Assembly (NCBI GenBank): GCA_943355025.1
Contig: CALRDW010000001.1
Span: 1-58,014, forward strand
Origin: Candidatus Magasanikiibacteriota bacterium
Lineage (GTDB): Bacteria; Patescibacteriota; Patescibacteriia; Magasanikbacterales; 2-02-FULL-50-9b
Direction: 5' to 3'
DNA length: 58,014 nt
Positions within the stretch are counted from its first letter, which is position 1, and every line of letters begins with the position of its first letter. The notes beneath the pieces were generated by a model. The model ran no database searches, was not told the origin of the DNA, and saw only the letters and a program-made list of their open reading frames with translations. A program made the translations under genes and the position numbers. This document shows, piece by piece, positions 56,243 to 58,014 of the stretch.

Positions 56243-57205
56243 ATGGAAACGAATGAGCAGCCACCTGTCCACACAGTATTCATGAAAGGTGTAATATCCG
56301 GCATCTCGGCACTAGTTGGGATTGTTATTGTCGGCGGAATTGTATTGGCCTATCGGAAGCCTGATTCAACTCCAGTAGTTCCTCGTATTTTGATGGCTCT
56401 TCATGCGCCGGCGGCTTCGGTTAACGGCTCGTTTGTCTCGTGGAATGATATTCAAGTTGACTCTGATGCGCTTACAAAAATTTTATCAAAGAACCCCGCA
56501 GGACTTGGAATGACGACCGATGAACTTCGAACGCGTGTTTTGCATCGATTACTTTTTTCAAAAGTCGCAGAGAGCATGGTTAACGAGCGGGGTATTAAAA
56601 TTACGGACGCACTGATGTCGGACGTAACAGCAAATGTTGAAAAAGCGCTTGGCGGAAGAGAGGCTATGGCAGCGGAAATTCAGAAACAATACGGGTGGAC
56701 ATATGATCAATATCGTGATCGTGTTGTTCGCGCCACAGTTATTTTGAATGAATTGCAAAAAGCTCTCGACGCGGATCCTACAATTTCCGGACCCGTTGAA
56801 GTACAGGCGAAAAATATTTTGGCAGAGATTCAGTCGGGCAAAGATTTTATAGAGGAGGCAAAACAGTTTAGCGAGGATACAAGCGCAGCAGACGGCGGAG
56901 ATATTGGGTTTATAAAAAAGGGTCAGACGGTTGAGCCGTTTGAAACATCTGCGTTTGCTCTTAAAAAGGGGCAAGTGAGTGGCGTCGTTAAAAGTGAATT
57001 TGGGTATCACATAATTCGAGTTGATGAAATAAAGAAAAACGCAAAGGGTGAAGTTGAGGAAGTTCGTGTTCGGCACATTTTGTTCAAAACACCTGCGGCA
57101 AGCGAAATTGTCGAGAAGCGTTTGCAACAGGCGACCGTACACCAGTTCATTCATACAAACACACGAGCGCAAAGTGGTCTTGACAGTAAAGTGGCGAATA
57201 GGTAA
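56243..57205 (+). CDS. PrsA/SurA-like parvulin peptidyl-prolyl isomerase
   Basis: F...AK..SED......GGD.G, FE..AF.L..G.VS..V.S.FGYHII. Confidence 0.92.
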   Translation: METNEQPPVHTVFMKGVISGISALVGIVIVGGIVLAYRKPDSTPVVPRILMALHAPAASVNGSFVSWNDIQVDSDALTKILSKNPAGLGMTTDELRTRVLHRLLFSKVAESMVNERGIKITDALMSDVTANVEKALGGREAMAAEIQKQYGWTYDQYRDRVVRATVILNELQKALDADPTISGPVEVQAKNILAEIQSGKDFIEEAKQFSEDTSAADGGDIGFIKKGQTVEPFETSAFALKKGQVSGVVKSEFGYHIIRVDEIKKNAKGEVEEVRVRHILFKTPAASEIVEKRLQQATVHQFIHTNTRAQSGLDSKVANR

Positions 57206-57270
57206 ACTGCATTGGCAAAAAGTGGAAATTCGAGACGTCTCACAGGGCGCTATTGGAGATGACCCTGCGT

Positions 57271-57344
57271 GCGGGGTTAGTACAATGGTAGTATGCGTGC
57301 TTCCCAAGCATGAGACGCGAGTCCGATTCTCGTACCCCGCTCCA
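57271..57344 (+). tRNA. tRNA-Gly (CCC)
   Basis: GCGGGGT/ACCCCGC, loop TT-CCC-AA, discriminator T plus CCA. Confidence 0.93.
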
Positions 57345-57357
57345 CACGCGATGCCTC

Positions 57358-57432
57358 GCGGGTATCGTATAATGGCTATTATGCGTCCTTGCCAAGGACG
57401 AGAAACGGGTCCGATTCCCGTTACCCGCTCCA
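57358..57432 (+). tRNA. tRNA-Gly (GCC)
   Basis: GCGGGTA/TACCCGC, loop TT-GCC-AA, discriminator T plus CCA. Confidence 0.93.
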
Positions 57433-57470
57433 AAGAAAAAATCCCATCCCTCGGATGGGATTTTTTCTTT
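57432..57470 (+). terminator. Terminator after the tRNA-Gly pair
   Basis: AAAGAAAAAATCCCATCC-ctc-GGATGGGATTTTTTCTTT. Confidence 0.85.
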
Positions 57471-57512
57471 TGTAGTATACTGGGGGCAGTTATTAAATCG
57501 ATTATTTTTTCT

Positions 57513-58014
57513 ATGTCGCTTGCAACACTTATTCTTATTGGTTTTGCTGTTTTACTCGCAGCGCTTATTGGCGTTTATAATTCATTGGTAACAAAAAGAA
57601 ATCGTGTTCGTGGGGCATGGGCAGACATCGATGTTCAACTCAAGCGCAGATATGATCTTGTGCCAAATCTTGTTGAGACAGTTAAGGGGTACACAGGATA
57701 CGAGGCAGCAACACTTGAAAAGGTGACTGCGGCGCGAACGCAGGCCATGAGTGCTGAGAAAGGTACGGGTTTGGCGGGACGAGCGCAAGCGGAAGCAATG
57801 CTCTCAAGCGCTTTGACCGGATTTTTTGGGCTCGCAGAAGGTTACCCAGAACTCAAAGCTTCAGAAAATTTTAAACAATTACAAGAACAACTTTCGTCGC
57901 TTGAAAATGATATTCAATCCGCGCGGCGTTATTATAATGCAGCTGTTCGAGAATTTAATACTGCCACGCAGTCATTTCCGACAAATTTAATTTCAGGGCC
58001 GCTTAATTTTAAGC
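57513..58014 (+). CDS. lemA: LemA family protein (runs off the window end)
   Basis: TM then YNSLV...N....W.DIDVQLKRRYDL.PNLVETVKGY, YPELKA..NF, RRYYN. Confidence 0.93.
   Translation, partial: MSLATLILIGFAVLLAALIGVYNSLVTKRNRVRGAWADIDVQLKRRYDLVPNLVETVKGYTGYEAATLEKVTAARTQAMSAEKGTGLAGRAQAEAMLSSALTGFFGLAEGYPELKASENFKQLQEQLSSLENDIQSARRYYNAAVREFNTATQSFPTNLISGPLNFK

Noticed and set aside
56558-57433. 291-aa minus-strand ORF
   Set aside because: It is antisense to prsA and two tRNA-Gly genes, so a shadow ORF.
1-58014. Alternative genetic code (TGA=Gly) or prophage
   Set aside because: Conserved genes such as rfbB, rfbD and ribE end at TGA at normal lengths, and no phage structural, terminase or integrase genes are seen.

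Overview
A 58-kb stretch of a small-genome bacterium, most likely Patescibacteria/CPR of the ABY1 type (Uhrbacteria/Magasanikbacteria-like). That placement is an inference from gene content, the 'GAGC' lipobox and a typical C-terminal surface domain; TGA is used as stop. The right two-thirds is mostly core: infC-rpmI-rplT, dnaB-ybaB-recR, a cell-envelope glycosylation cluster (rmlB, cupin, rmlD, four GT2, long rmlA, GT-C-like membrane proteins), murA, ctpA, riboflavin kinase and synthase, era, rpmA, mraY-ftsW-murG, murE, ftsB, prsA, lemA, and four tRNAs (Asp, Lys, two Gly). The left third is accessory: secreted surface proteins, NRAMP, a cold-shock protein, an SF2 helicase with C-terminal repeats and a type IV TA pair. 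Two patterns are not explained by ordinary annotation. (1) Seven dispersed, self-contained ORFan cassettes share one chassis: a perfect TTGACA-N17-TA(N3)T/A promoter, a leader hairpin, a strong Shine-Dalgarno (which the core genes inspected lack) and a terminator ending in a T-tract plus AT. (2) tRNA genes are flanked by structured elements that contain sense and antisense copies of the tRNA's own ends and share conserved linker and loop motifs between unrelated tRNAs. All family assignments come from motif recognition by eye; no searches were run.
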